Source: Acaryochloris marina MBIC11017 (GTDB taxonomy: Bacteria > Cyanobacteriota > Cyanobacteriia > Thermosynechococcales > Thermosynechococcaceae). From it: a stretch of DNA of 32,000 nucleotides. The stretch spans positions 1 through 32,000 of the forward strand of contig NC_009929.1 of the NCBI RefSeq assembly GCF_000018105.1, written 5' to 3'. Below the pieces are notes generated by a model that was not told the DNA's origin, did no database searches, and saw only the letters and a list, made by a program, of their open reading frames with translations. Below, piece by piece: positions 1-7,939 of the stretch (positions within the stretch are counted from its first letter, which is position 1; each line of letters starts with the position of its first letter). The translations under genes and the position numbers were made by a program.

Positions 1-287
1 TAGTAGGGTTATCAACGATGGTTTTTATTTCAAAAACTAAGCACAACAAATGTTGCCCTCATGAGCTAACCAAGCTGGTGGTAAAACTCCTCCGCCCTTC
101 AGCTTGTTAAGTTGAGTGCAAGCCTTATCGCTGGGAGTTATATCTTGCTACCAACCTACGAGAATGTCAATCTATTTTTGAAATACATTTAATGGCCTCA
201 AAGCCATATCTATCATAGAATAAGCTGACTTCAGTTTCTAGAATATTCCACAGAAATAGCTGAACATCAAGCCCTACAGTATAGACC

Positions 288-360
288 TGTGGAAATCATC
301 CCATCAGATGTGGATAACATGGGAAATATTGTGGGAAATGTGGGGAAAATCTGGGGATAA
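288..360. promoter_or_regulatory. Cluster of same-orientation DnaA-box-like 9-mers
   Basis: Read directly: TGTGGAAAT 288-296, TGTGGATAA 309-317 (reverse complement of the consensus TTATCCACA), TGTGGGAAA 330-338, TGTGGGGAAAA 339-349, CTGGGGATAA 351-360. All lie in one orientation within ~75 bp, ~200 bp upstream of the rbp gene. Confidence 0.3.
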
Positions 361-565
361 AATTTTAATCTTTACTAACCTAAATATCTGTAAAGTTTAT
401 TAGTTCACCTAAACGGAAAATTGGGGATCAGTTAGTATTGCAATTGAGATGCAAGTATCGGTTTTACGTTTGTTTTCAGAATTGTTTGGTATCCGCCAGT
501 TTAATTCCCAAGACCGCGCACCGAAATCTATATCTCCTCACCTTATTGATTTTGGATATTTGTTT

Positions 566-853
566 ATGTCGATTTACGTTGGTAACCTTTCTTACGACGT
601 TACCCAAGATGAAATTCAGGCCGTGTTTGCTGAATATGGGGCCGTCTCTAACGTTCATGTTCCCAAAGACCGCGAGACTGGCAGAATGCGAGGATTTGCC
701 TTTGTTGAATTGGGCAACGATGCCGAAGAATCCAAGGCTATTGAAGAACTCGAAGGGGCTGAATGGATGGGGCGAACACTCAAAGTAAACAAGGCTAGAC
801 CTCGTGAGAACAATAGAGGTAATAACAACTTTAGTGGTCGAAACCGTTTTTAA
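566..853 (+). CDS. RRM-type RNA-binding protein (cyanobacterial Rbp family), 95 aa
   Basis: The internal ATG at 566 of ORF 449..853 gives MSIYVGNLSYDV... (RNP2) and RGFAFVEL (RNP1), the canonical RRM motifs. Length and the short Gly/Asn/Arg tail are typical of cyanobacterial Rbp proteins. A strong terminator follows. Confidence 0.9.
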   Translation: MSIYVGNLSYDVTQDEIQAVFAEYGAVSNVHVPKDRETGRMRGFAFVELGNDAEESKAIEELEGAEWMGRTLKVNKARPRENNRGNNNFSGRNRF

Positions 854-877
854 CGCAATCTGAAATTCGATGATGGG

Positions 878-919
878 CTCTCCCAGTCTCAGGAAGAATG
901 GACTGGGAGAGAGTTTTTT
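878..919 (+). terminator. Rho-independent terminator, possibly bidirectional
   Basis: Perfect 11-bp stem CTCTCCCAGTC (878-888) / GACTGGGAGAG (901-911) with a 12-nt loop, followed by TTTTTT (914-919). It sits between the convergent rbp (+) and dsRBD (-) genes. Confidence 0.7.
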
Positions 920-927
920 CTATGCGG

Positions 928-1215
928 TTAAGTTGCTCTCTCCAGCCACTCTTGCAATTGCTGTTGACCTCGTTCTCTCAATTGCTCTAGTATCTCTCTA
1001 GCGGCGATACTCTTCGCCAATTTCTTCTTCTTTGCTACCCCACTCCCTTCAAGCTGCTGACCTAAAACCGATAACTCACACTCGCAGATAAACCATTCAT
1101 CGGAACTGACCATTGTGTACACAGGGGTCTCCCATCTTAAGGTTTGACAAACATCAACCAGCATCCCGACAAAGTTCTGCCCCTCCTTAAGGGGCTTCAC
1201 CAATGCCGTATGCAT
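928..1215 (-). CDS. Stand-alone double-stranded-RNA-binding-domain (dsRBD) protein, module A
   Basis: NFVGMLVDVCQTLRWETPVY ... FICECELSV.G...EGSGVAKKKKLAKSIAAREILEQL fits the dsRBD alpha-beta-beta-beta-alpha pattern, including the G.G.KK.A...AA...L C-terminal signature. It lies directly downstream of the RNB gene on the same strand. Confidence 0.6.
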   Translation of the reverse strand: MHTALVKPLKEGQNFVGMLVDVCQTLRWETPVYTMVSSDEWFICECELSVLGQQLEGSGVAKKKKLAKSIAAREILEQLRERGQQQLQEWLERAT

Positions 1216-1330
1216 TGATTTGGATAAGGGTGCTGTTACTCGTTTTATGTCTTCATTACCAGACTTGAACTGCGGCTCAGGTAGTACTGGCTGTGCTCGT
1301 TGCTCTGGTGAGACTAAGCTGTGGTGGATT

Positions 1331-3244
1331 CTAAGCTTCTATCCATATCAAACAAGCGTGATGACGAGCGGGTTGTTTGCGGGAATGGGTAGCGGGATGA
1401 ATCGTCGTTAAAGTGTCTCCAGAAATTTTCACCTCTAGCCAAACATGGAATGGTGGTTTATTCTCCGCTTCTAGATATTTAAATGCTTCCCAGTTCCCTT
1501 CTCGATTGGAGGCAATGGTGATCACACTCGCCGCATCATGGATATGGCTAGACAGATACTGAATCACTTGCTGATGTAGCTCAAGTTCTTTGGACTGAAA
1601 GAGCAATAGGTAGAGATCCTGTACGGCTAATTGCTCAGCGTCTAACCGGTTCACAAGTTCACTGCGAAGGTGATCAACCCCCTGAGACTCAACCGCATAT
1701 TTCAGGAGTCGTGTGAATTCTTTCCCAGTGAGATTTGCTAAGTCTTCGGGGGTCTGAAGTTGCTCCTGGTAGACCTTTTGATGGGCTGCTTTGAAGAACT
1801 CCGAGGCCTGCTCTTTATGCTCATCCTTGACCTGGGCAATATGCTGTCCCAATTCCTCCAGCTCAGACTGGGTATAGGGTAGGTCTTGCTGCTTGAGGCG
1901 GGCTTTGACAATCCGATGGTTGATCAGGTCAGCGACTCTGCGAATCGGACTGGTGAAGTGGCAATAGGCAGGCAGGTTCAGGGCAAAATGCCCTATCAAG
2001 ACGGGACTATACACGGCCCGATTCATCCAACTGTGCAACCGTTGACGAATGGCTGCATTTGACCCTAACATCAACAACATTTGGTACATTGTTTCCCGAT
2101 CTGGGGCAATGGCTCTGGCGGTGTGATTCCGATACAGCGCTGGGATATCCTGATCGGCTAACCATTGAGCGACGGCGAGGTTCGCCAGGATCATAAATTC
2201 TTGAATGAGGATATGGCTTGGATGAAGTTTACCTTGGATAAGGCTGCCTTCTTCTGTGAGCCACTGGCCTTGAGCCGTCTGGGTCGCTCCAATTGAACCT
2301 GATGTCAGCCGATTTCGGTACAGATGGGAGGCCCATTGGTGAGCCATTTCCAGAGTGTTATGAAAAGGAGTAGATGATTTAGGCTGGGAGGCTTCAGCAT
2401 AGGTAAAGCGTTTGTGACTTACCAGCCAGGATTCAAAGATTTTGACGTCAACCATCTGGGCGTTCGGGTTGAGGGTAACCTGAACGGTAACGGTAGGTCG
2501 GGCTTCACCTTCCAGCAGGCTCAGCTTATTTTCGGACAGGGGTCTTGGCAGCATGGGTGCGTTCCCATTGCTGAAATAGCGTGTGACTGTGCGAGAGAGG
2601 GCTACCTTATCCAATATCGAGCCCATCTCCACGAGTTCGGAGACATCGGCAATATGTACGGAGAGGACTACCCCTGACTCAGTCGCTTCAATCCAGATAG
2701 CGTCATCCAGGTCTCGAGAAGTCGGTCCATCGATGGTGATGCCTTGAACTTGGGGACGTTCCCAGAGTTCATCAGCGAGGACAAGGCGCTTGGCTATTTT
2801 AATGACATCTGGGGAGAAACGGTTCTTGCTTTTGGGAGTCGTTTCAGTCTTTGCTGGTGGACTATCCTGAGTCAGTGGCTTAGGTTTCTCATCTTGCACC
2901 GCCGCTGTCGACTTTGCCTGTTCGATTGGTTTTTCCTGATCTAACGTTATGGGCTTTTTATGTTGAAGTACGCCTTCAGGCTTTGACTCCAGCTTTTGCG
3001 ATAAAGGGGGTTTCAGCGTTGTTCTTTCTTGCTGCAATGATTTCTGTTTGGCCTGCTTCTTGGAGTGCCTTAATGCAGCTTTTCGCTGGGCTATCTTGGA
3101 TGCTGTGGTCTTGGACTGGCCTGGGTCAAGCTGGGCTTCAAGTTTTTTAATTGCACTTTTGAGTACCTTGGCAGCAGTGGGGTTGCTGCATTGCTGGAGT
3201 TGAGAACGCAGTTGTGAAAGCTTTTCTAAAGTTGAAGAAGGCAT
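1331..3244 (-). CDS. RNase II/R-family (RNB domain) 3'-5' exoribonuclease with atypical N- and C-termini, module A
   Basis: RNB motif I ITIDGPTSRDLDDAIWIE and motif IV HFALNLPAYCHFTSPIRRVADLINHR are present. The N-terminal ~170 aa is coiled-coil plus K/Q/P-rich, with no recognisable cold-shock domains. The C-terminal ~70 aa (PPFHVWLEVKISGDTL...SRKQPARHHACLIWI) reads like a degenerate dsRBD (low confidence). Confidence 0.85.
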   Translation of the reverse strand: MPSSTLEKLSQLRSQLQQCSNPTAAKVLKSAIKKLEAQLDPGQSKTTASKIAQRKAALRHSKKQAKQKSLQQERTTLKPPLSQKLESKPEGVLQHKKPITLDQEKPIEQAKSTAAVQDEKPKPLTQDSPPAKTETTPKSKNRFSPDVIKIAKRLVLADELWERPQVQGITIDGPTSRDLDDAIWIEATESGVVLSVHIADVSELVEMGSILDKVALSRTVTRYFSNGNAPMLPRPLSENKLSLLEGEARPTVTVQVTLNPNAQMVDVKIFESWLVSHKRFTYAEASQPKSSTPFHNTLEMAHQWASHLYRNRLTSGSIGATQTAQGQWLTEEGSLIQGKLHPSHILIQEFMILANLAVAQWLADQDIPALYRNHTARAIAPDRETMYQMLLMLGSNAAIRQRLHSWMNRAVYSPVLIGHFALNLPAYCHFTSPIRRVADLINHRIVKARLKQQDLPYTQSELEELGQHIAQVKDEHKEQASEFFKAAHQKVYQEQLQTPEDLANLTGKEFTRLLKYAVESQGVDHLRSELVNRLDAEQLAVQDLYLLLFQSKELELHQQVIQYLSSHIHDAASVITIASNREGNWEAFKYLEAENKPPFHVWLEVKISGDTLTTIHPATHSRKQPARHHACLIWIEA

Positions 3245-3270
3245 GGGAGAGGAAAATCTCGCTAGGAGCA

Positions 3271-3297
3271 GACTTGCAGGTATTCTAATCTAGAGAA
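3271..3297. promoter_or_regulatory. Conserved 27-bp motif in the divergent promoter region of module A
   Basis: GACTTGCAGGTATTCTAATCTAGAGAA matches GACTTGCGGCCATTCTAGTGTAGAGAA at 10539-10565 at 22/27 positions (hand alignment). Both sit at the same relative position between the divergent genes. Confidence 0.4.
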
Positions 3298-3373
3298 GAA
3301 GGATTCCAGCAGAATCTAAGGGTCTGGCTATGACGAACCACTATCTAAGCCTAGCCCCATAATCAATGACATT

Positions 3374-3568
3374 ATGAACCACTGTGCTTTTCAGACCTCC
3401 CATCAAGCCAAAGATTTGCGGCATACCCAAGATGGTCAGGCCATCGCTGAATTTGTAGTCACTATTCCTCCATTACGAGAAGAAGATCCGCCCGAAAACC
3501 TCAAAGCAATTTACTGGGGTGAAAATGGAGAAACGCCCACCTTTCCCTACAACCTGGCGACCAACTGA
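3374..3568 (+). CDS. SSB-like OB-fold stub (64 aa), module A
   Basis: MNHCAFQ...LRHTQDGQAIAEFVV..PPLREEDPPENLKAIYWGENGE resembles the N-terminal half of bacterial/cyanobacterial SSB (LRYT..G.AVA.F.V ... LKVVGWG), then terminates. A paralog of similar length is at 10641..10832. Confidence 0.5.
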   Translation: MNHCAFQTSHQAKDLRHTQDGQAIAEFVVTIPPLREEDPPENLKAIYWGENGETPTFPYNLATN

Positions 3569-3922
3569 TTCTACAAGGGCAGCTCAAAATCACAAAAGTG
3601 ACACACTAGATGGGTGAAAAAGAATATGTTGAGCAACAGGCAAGTCTGATCGTAGAGAAGATTAACCGAATTCAACGTGCCAGTTAACGCAGCAATCTAT
3701 CGCAATCCTCAGTAATGCTATCTCAACAAGTGAAAGTGAAGCTTCGAGTAGCTCGGCCAATCTTGGAACCGTTGCTATTTACAAAGGGAATGATGATGAA
3801 ATCCTCCAGAAATGCCGAATGTAGCCCATTAATGATTAGATACAAAGGAAGTTAATTCTGGGAATGCTATACGTTAGCATTCTTAGTTTTGCTGAAATAA
3901 ATACACTGATCTACGACGAACT

Positions 3923-4714
3923 ATGGCCCCTGACAACAAATACTCCACAGTACTCCTTGAGTTAAAGACTCACTACCAGGAGACACTCGCTGAACTTGAA
4001 GCTCAAACGAGTCAACTCAAGACCAAAATCACGTCTCTGGATACGTTGATTGAAGATCCTTTGTTAGGTTCAGACATCCTTTCAATCCTTCAAGGTGAAG
4101 CAGATTCACTCACCTCACCAGAACCAGTTTCTAAAACTGCCGACACAGTAGAACTTAAAGCCAAGTCTAAGAAAGCTACTCCAAAAGCTGCTTCAAAGAA
4201 GAAGTCTACACCCCCTAAGAAGCCAGCTTCAACTGCAAAGACAAAGGAGAAAGTAAAACCGGAAGTTGACGCTGAAGCTACCCCAAAGAAAGCCGCTCAA
4301 AAAGCTTCGCCCTCATCCGGGAAGAGAAAATCCTCAACTTCCAAGAAAGCTGTATCTCAGGCAACAGCAAAGAAGAAAAGTCAGAAGAAAACAAGCAGCT
4401 CTTCATCCAGCGTTCTGACAATGAACAAGCCCTATGACCAGATGAAGAAAATTGATGCGATCACACAGATCATGCAGGAAAATCCTGGGAAAGTCATGCA
4501 TTACGATGATTTGATTGTGAGACTGTTTGGTGAACTAAGTAAAGATGATCAGAAAGCTGAGCGGGGTAGGATTAAAGCCGCCATGTACCAGGGGGCTAAA
4601 AATAATCTTTGGAAAAAAGCAAACGTACCAATGTGCTATATCTACGATCCAAGTCTAAAAGCTGAATCTAAAGCAACAACCTCAAAGACTCAAAAGTCTC
4701 GTAAAAAGACCTGA
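3923..4714 (+). CDS. Lys/Ala/Ser/Pro-rich (histone H1-like) protein with N-terminal coiled coil and C-terminal HARE-HTH-like domain
   Basis: The long KKA/KKS/PKK low-complexity core is seen directly. The C-terminal IDAITQIMQENPGKVMHYDDLIVRLFG...ERGRIKAAMYQGAKNNLWKKA resembles the HARE-HTH / RpoE-delta N-terminal domain pattern (from memory). Confidence 0.55.
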   Translation: MAPDNKYSTVLLELKTHYQETLAELEAQTSQLKTKITSLDTLIEDPLLGSDILSILQGEADSLTSPEPVSKTADTVELKAKSKKATPKAASKKKSTPPKKPASTAKTKEKVKPEVDAEATPKKAAQKASPSSGKRKSSTSKKAVSQATAKKKSQKKTSSSSSSVLTMNKPYDQMKKIDAITQIMQENPGKVMHYDDLIVRLFGELSKDDQKAERGRIKAAMYQGAKNNLWKKANVPMCYIYDPSLKAESKATTSKTQKSRKKT

Positions 4715-4746
4715 TGTCCGATCAGTAGAGTAAAGACGTTCAAGAT

Positions 4747-5028
4747 TCAAGCTGAAGCCATCATTCTTGAGATCAGGAATGATGGTGGAGCAAATAGAAA
4801 AATGCCTCTACCAATCTCCATTTGCTCTCCTGACAGCGCAAAAGTACTGCCAGCCAAGTAGTCTGTTAGCCTCTGAGCTAGCTTGGTTTCTAAAGCCGCC
4901 AAATTCACTAGGAGCATATCATCCGTTTTCATCGCGTTGATTGCTTCCTCAGCATCTTCAAATGACTTGGGGTGAAACACACGGATTTTATGGGGCGATA
5001 TTGCTTGAAAGGGAAGAAGATTGTTCAT
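4747..5028 (-). CDS. SepF-like (DUF552) domain protein, paralog A
   Basis: IRVFHPKSFEDAEEAINAMKTDDMLLVNLAALETKLAQRLTDYLAGSTFALSGEQMEIGRGIFLFAPPSF matches the SepF C-terminal domain pattern. The start at ATG 5028 (MNNLLPF) was chosen because GAGGAG lies ~9 nt upstream and paralog B starts MNNLVIF. The longest ORF extends to a GTG at 5229. Confidence 0.7.
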   Translation of the reverse strand: MNNLLPFQAISPHKIRVFHPKSFEDAEEAINAMKTDDMLLVNLAALETKLAQRLTDYLAGSTFALSGEQMEIGRGIFLFAPPSFLISRMMASA

Positions 5029-5273
5029 AAACCAGTGCTCCTCTGCGACCAAGTCCAGGCACATCCTCAGCGTTTCGTGAATACTCCAGGCAGTCTGTTG
5101 ATACATGCTCAAGCCTAGGATCTCACCTGATAGGTTACTCTCCATGACATCAGAGCCAGCGGAAAGTTCCAGCTCCACAGATTCTCTTGGAGTTCGCGGT
5201 TGACTGATCTGAAGGTTTTTTGAGGACACTGACTGAGGTAGTCCGTCCGGAATAGAGTTGAAAATTGAAGAAG

Positions 5274-6101
5274 TTATCTTTTTCGGGCAATGTGAAAGGC
5301 AGAAATGTTCAAGAGTTTGATGTGACCTGCAAAGTGATTGTCTATTTTCTTCTGCAATCCTACGAACAAGTCTTTCCTGCTTTTTTCATCTAACTCCAAG
5401 TATTGTGAAAAGGTACTCAACAGTGTCAAATATTCATCCACACTATATGAGGTCTCCCAAATAATCTGTTCGAAAACGATGCCTTCGAATTGATCTGAGG
5501 TAGCAACAATCTGTCCTAGTTCTCTCAATTCAGCCTCATGAGTTTCTCTGCCTTTGTAGTGAGACAGGGATGGAGCATGGATTTGATACACATCCTGTAA
5601 CACCTGATGGAACTCTCGATAAGGAATGGCTGGCACATTCCATAACAGTATGAGCACTCCATTATCCTGTAATGCATTGGCCACTTTAGGGTACGCAACT
5701 TCTGCCGGAATCCAATGAATCGAAGTTGCTGCTAAAACAGCGTTAAACGGCTTTGCTTCTGGTTTCCATTCCTCAAATGAGGTGTTTTTGATCTCGAGAT
5801 TTGGGTAGTGAGAACAATTTCTCCGAGCAATCTCGTAAAAGTCTGGGTTTGGCTCAAGACAGAGCATTGAAAAACCCAGGTTAGCAAACGAAACTGTTGC
5901 AGTTCCAGGGCCACAACCTATTTCAAGAATTCTCGACCCATTTTCAAGTTGAGTTAACTCGACAACTCGACTAATCAATGTATCAGGATAATGAGGTCGT
6001 GTTCTGTTGTAAGCCTCTGCTGCGGGAGAGTACCAAGTCTTTCTCTGTTTCAAGTCTTTGCTAGAGTACTGCTTGGTTGTTTGATCGTTATCTTTCACCA
6101 C
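5274..6101 (-). CDS. Class I SAM-dependent methyltransferase
   Basis: Motif I ILEIGCGPGTAT and a typical downstream acidic/hydrophobic pattern. GTG start, so the exact start is uncertain. Confidence 0.85.
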   Translation of the reverse strand: MVKDNDQTTKQYSSKDLKQRKTWYSPAAEAYNRTRPHYPDTLISRVVELTQLENGSRILEIGCGPGTATVSFANLGFSMLCLEPNPDFYEIARRNCSHYPNLEIKNTSFEEWKPEAKPFNAVLAATSIHWIPAEVAYPKVANALQDNGVLILLWNVPAIPYREFHQVLQDVYQIHAPSLSHYKGRETHEAELRELGQIVATSDQFEGIVFEQIIWETSYSVDEYLTLLSTFSQYLELDEKSRKDLFVGLQKKIDNHFAGHIKLLNISAFHIARKR

Positions 6102-6283
6102 TCAGCCTCAAACTCAAAATGCTCTCTGCCTATTCTGAAACTACATTCTAATAAATAGGATTAGATACCTAACCTTGGATATCTGTCGGTCAGCCAGGTT
6201 AAGGGGGTGAAGTCAACTCTCAAACAAATCATAATGAGACACTCAGATACCAATAACGGCAAAGAAAATATGTAGGTTAAATT

Positions 6284-6619
6284 GTGCGATCGCTTGTCCA
6301 AATCAACTCATTGACGGGGAACTATCTGGCTATCAATAGACTCAACTTCACCAACGCAGATAATAGAAGGTTTCTAATGACTGATTTCAAGCATAGACCT
6401 ACTAACTTAGGGCAGCACCTATGGAGTCCAAGGAATTTAGCTGAACAGACCCACGCTGCTGCTCAAAGCGCTGAACTACACTCCCGTAGTGTTGGACAAG
6501 CCAGTCTCTCCCAGAAATTACTGGATATCCAACGTCAATTATGTATCCTTCAACTAAGACTCAAAGATCCTGAAATTCAAGAGTGGACTGGAAAGCAAAT
6601 GCAGCTACCATTCAGATAA
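6284..6619 (+). CDS. Hypothetical protein (weak)
   Basis: ORF only. GTG start overlapping a HIP1 site, with an alternative ATG at 6377 (MTDFKH...). No recognisable domain. A weak hairpin plus T-run lies downstream at ~6680-6710. Confidence 0.25.
   Translation: MRSLVQINSLTGNYLAINRLNFTNADNRRFLMTDFKHRPTNLGQHLWSPRNLAEQTHAAAQSAELHSRSVGQASLSQKLLDIQRQLCILQLRLKDPEIQEWTGKQMQLPFR
6286..6293. repeat. HIP1 octamer GCGATCGC
   Basis: Exact palindromic octamer characteristic of many cyanobacterial genomes. A second copy is at 10707-10714. Confidence 0.6.
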
Positions 6620-6771
6620 AATGCTCAACTCTCCCAGATTCATACCTGTTCTTAACATTCAAATGCACCTCCATCTTTCATTCAGAATTACACTGAATTG
6701 AGGTTTTTTTCCTTGAAAGAGCAAGATACTCAACCCTACTAAGCAACTGAGAACCAGATAGGAAAGACCTT

Positions 6772-6990
6772 TTAACCCCAACACTCCGCTACCCGCTCCC
6801 ACTCAAACTCCGCCTGAACCCTCTCCCAGATCCGCTTCATCTCCTTCTGTGGACGAAGCTCAATCACTTGTAAAATCTCAAAGTTCTCTTCAATTTCGAC
6901 GGCGCACTCAAATCAAACCCCCGGTGTAGCAAACGATTCCCTCACGAAAGGCTTCCCCGTTCTCTTCACCAAAACTATTATTGCCCTAAG
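6772..6990 (-). pseudogene. Remnant copy of the C-terminal domain of the 7940..8554 gene, with an in-frame TGA
   Basis: The minus-strand translation IIVLVKRTGKPFVRESFATPGV*FECAVEIEENFEILQVIELRPQKEMKRIWERV...CWG* aligns in frame with LITVAGTGKPFVRNTFATPEFCWECAVEIEENFEIGEVIELRPPETMERIGEMV...VWG*. The TGA at 6913-6915 replaces the Cys codon. The frame is closed upstream at 6991-6993. Confidence 0.6.
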
Positions 6991-7036
6991 TTATTCTTGG
7001 AGATGGTCAGCGTCTCTAACTCGCTTCGACATCCAT

Positions 7037-7780
7037 CTAGTTAGGAGATTGTTCGCATTTCAGTGTATAACCTACCCCTCGAATCGTATGGATAAGTTCG
7101 GTTCCAACCTGATTGGCTTTGAGCTTATTCCGTAGGCGAGACACATGGACATCAACTACTCGCGAGTCAACGATGGTCCCATTACTATATCCCCACACTT
7201 TCTCTAACAACTCTTGACGAGACACTACTGCTCCAGGGGTACTTGCCAATAGTTCTAACAGACTAAATTCCATGTGGGTTAGGATGATACGTTCTTGACC
7301 TCTGAAGACCTTCCGCTTGTTGGTGTCAATCCGGAGTGAACCGATGTTTAGCACTCCGGTAACTCGATAATTAAAAGGCTTTAGAGAACCCATTCGGCGT
7401 ATGATGCATCGCACTCGTGATTCTAATTCCTTAGGTGAAAAGGGCTTGACCATGTAATCATCTGCACCCATTTCTAAGCCAGTAACCCGATCTCCTACCT
7501 CAGAAAGTGCCGTCAGCATAATGATCGGAACTCTCGAGGTCTTGCGGATGGCCCGACAGACACCATACCCATCCAGTCTGGGCATCATAACATCTAAAAC
7601 AATCAAATCAGGGTGCTGACGATCAAAGATTTCTAATGCTTCTACGCCGTCAGCAGCAGTGAAGACGTGATAGCCCATCATGGATAGCCTAGTGTCTAAA
7701 ATTCGTCGAATCGGCCCTTCATCATCAACTACCAAGATAGAATGCTGCTTATTGCTCTGATTATTCATGAATTCAGGCAT
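7037..7780 (-). CDS. OmpR-family response regulator (RpaB-like), orphan
   Basis: Receiver domain ILVVDDE...DLIVLDVMMPRLDGYGVC...VPIIMLTA...GADDYMVKPFSPKELESR, plus a winged-helix C-terminus (VVDVHVSRLRNKL...IHTIRGVGY). No histidine kinase is adjacent. Confidence 0.95.
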   Translation of the reverse strand: MPEFMNNQSNKQHSILVVDDEGPIRRILDTRLSMMGYHVFTAADGVEALEIFDRQHPDLIVLDVMMPRLDGYGVCRAIRKTSRVPIIMLTALSEVGDRVTGLEMGADDYMVKPFSPKELESRVRCIIRRMGSLKPFNYRVTGVLNIGSLRIDTNKRKVFRGQERIILTHMEFSLLELLASTPGAVVSRQELLEKVWGYSNGTIVDSRVVDVHVSRLRNKLKANQVGTELIHTIRGVGYTLKCEQSPN

Positions 7781-7939
7781 CTTTGGCTACGCTTTAGTTC
7801 AACGTAGCATTTATACCTAAGTAATAATGCTTAAGACGCTTGATAGAAATGATTCTTATGATTAGGTCATTTTCGAGAGAAATTGCCTAGTCTACTGCTT
7901 CGGCATTTGCCCAAAACTCAACTCACTCCCAAACTCAAC

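Noticed and set aside
438-788. 116-aa ORF overlapping the rbp locus in another frame; also the 134-aa long form starting at 449
   Set aside because: The RRM motifs (RNP2/RNP1) lie in the 449 frame and begin at the internal ATG 566. The upstream extension and the alternative frame show no protein-like features.
2414-3150. Plus-strand ORFs 2414..2677, 2744..2944 and 2914..3150, antisense to the RNB gene
   Set aside because: They lie entirely inside a gene with strong domain evidence on the other strand. No SD or domain signal.
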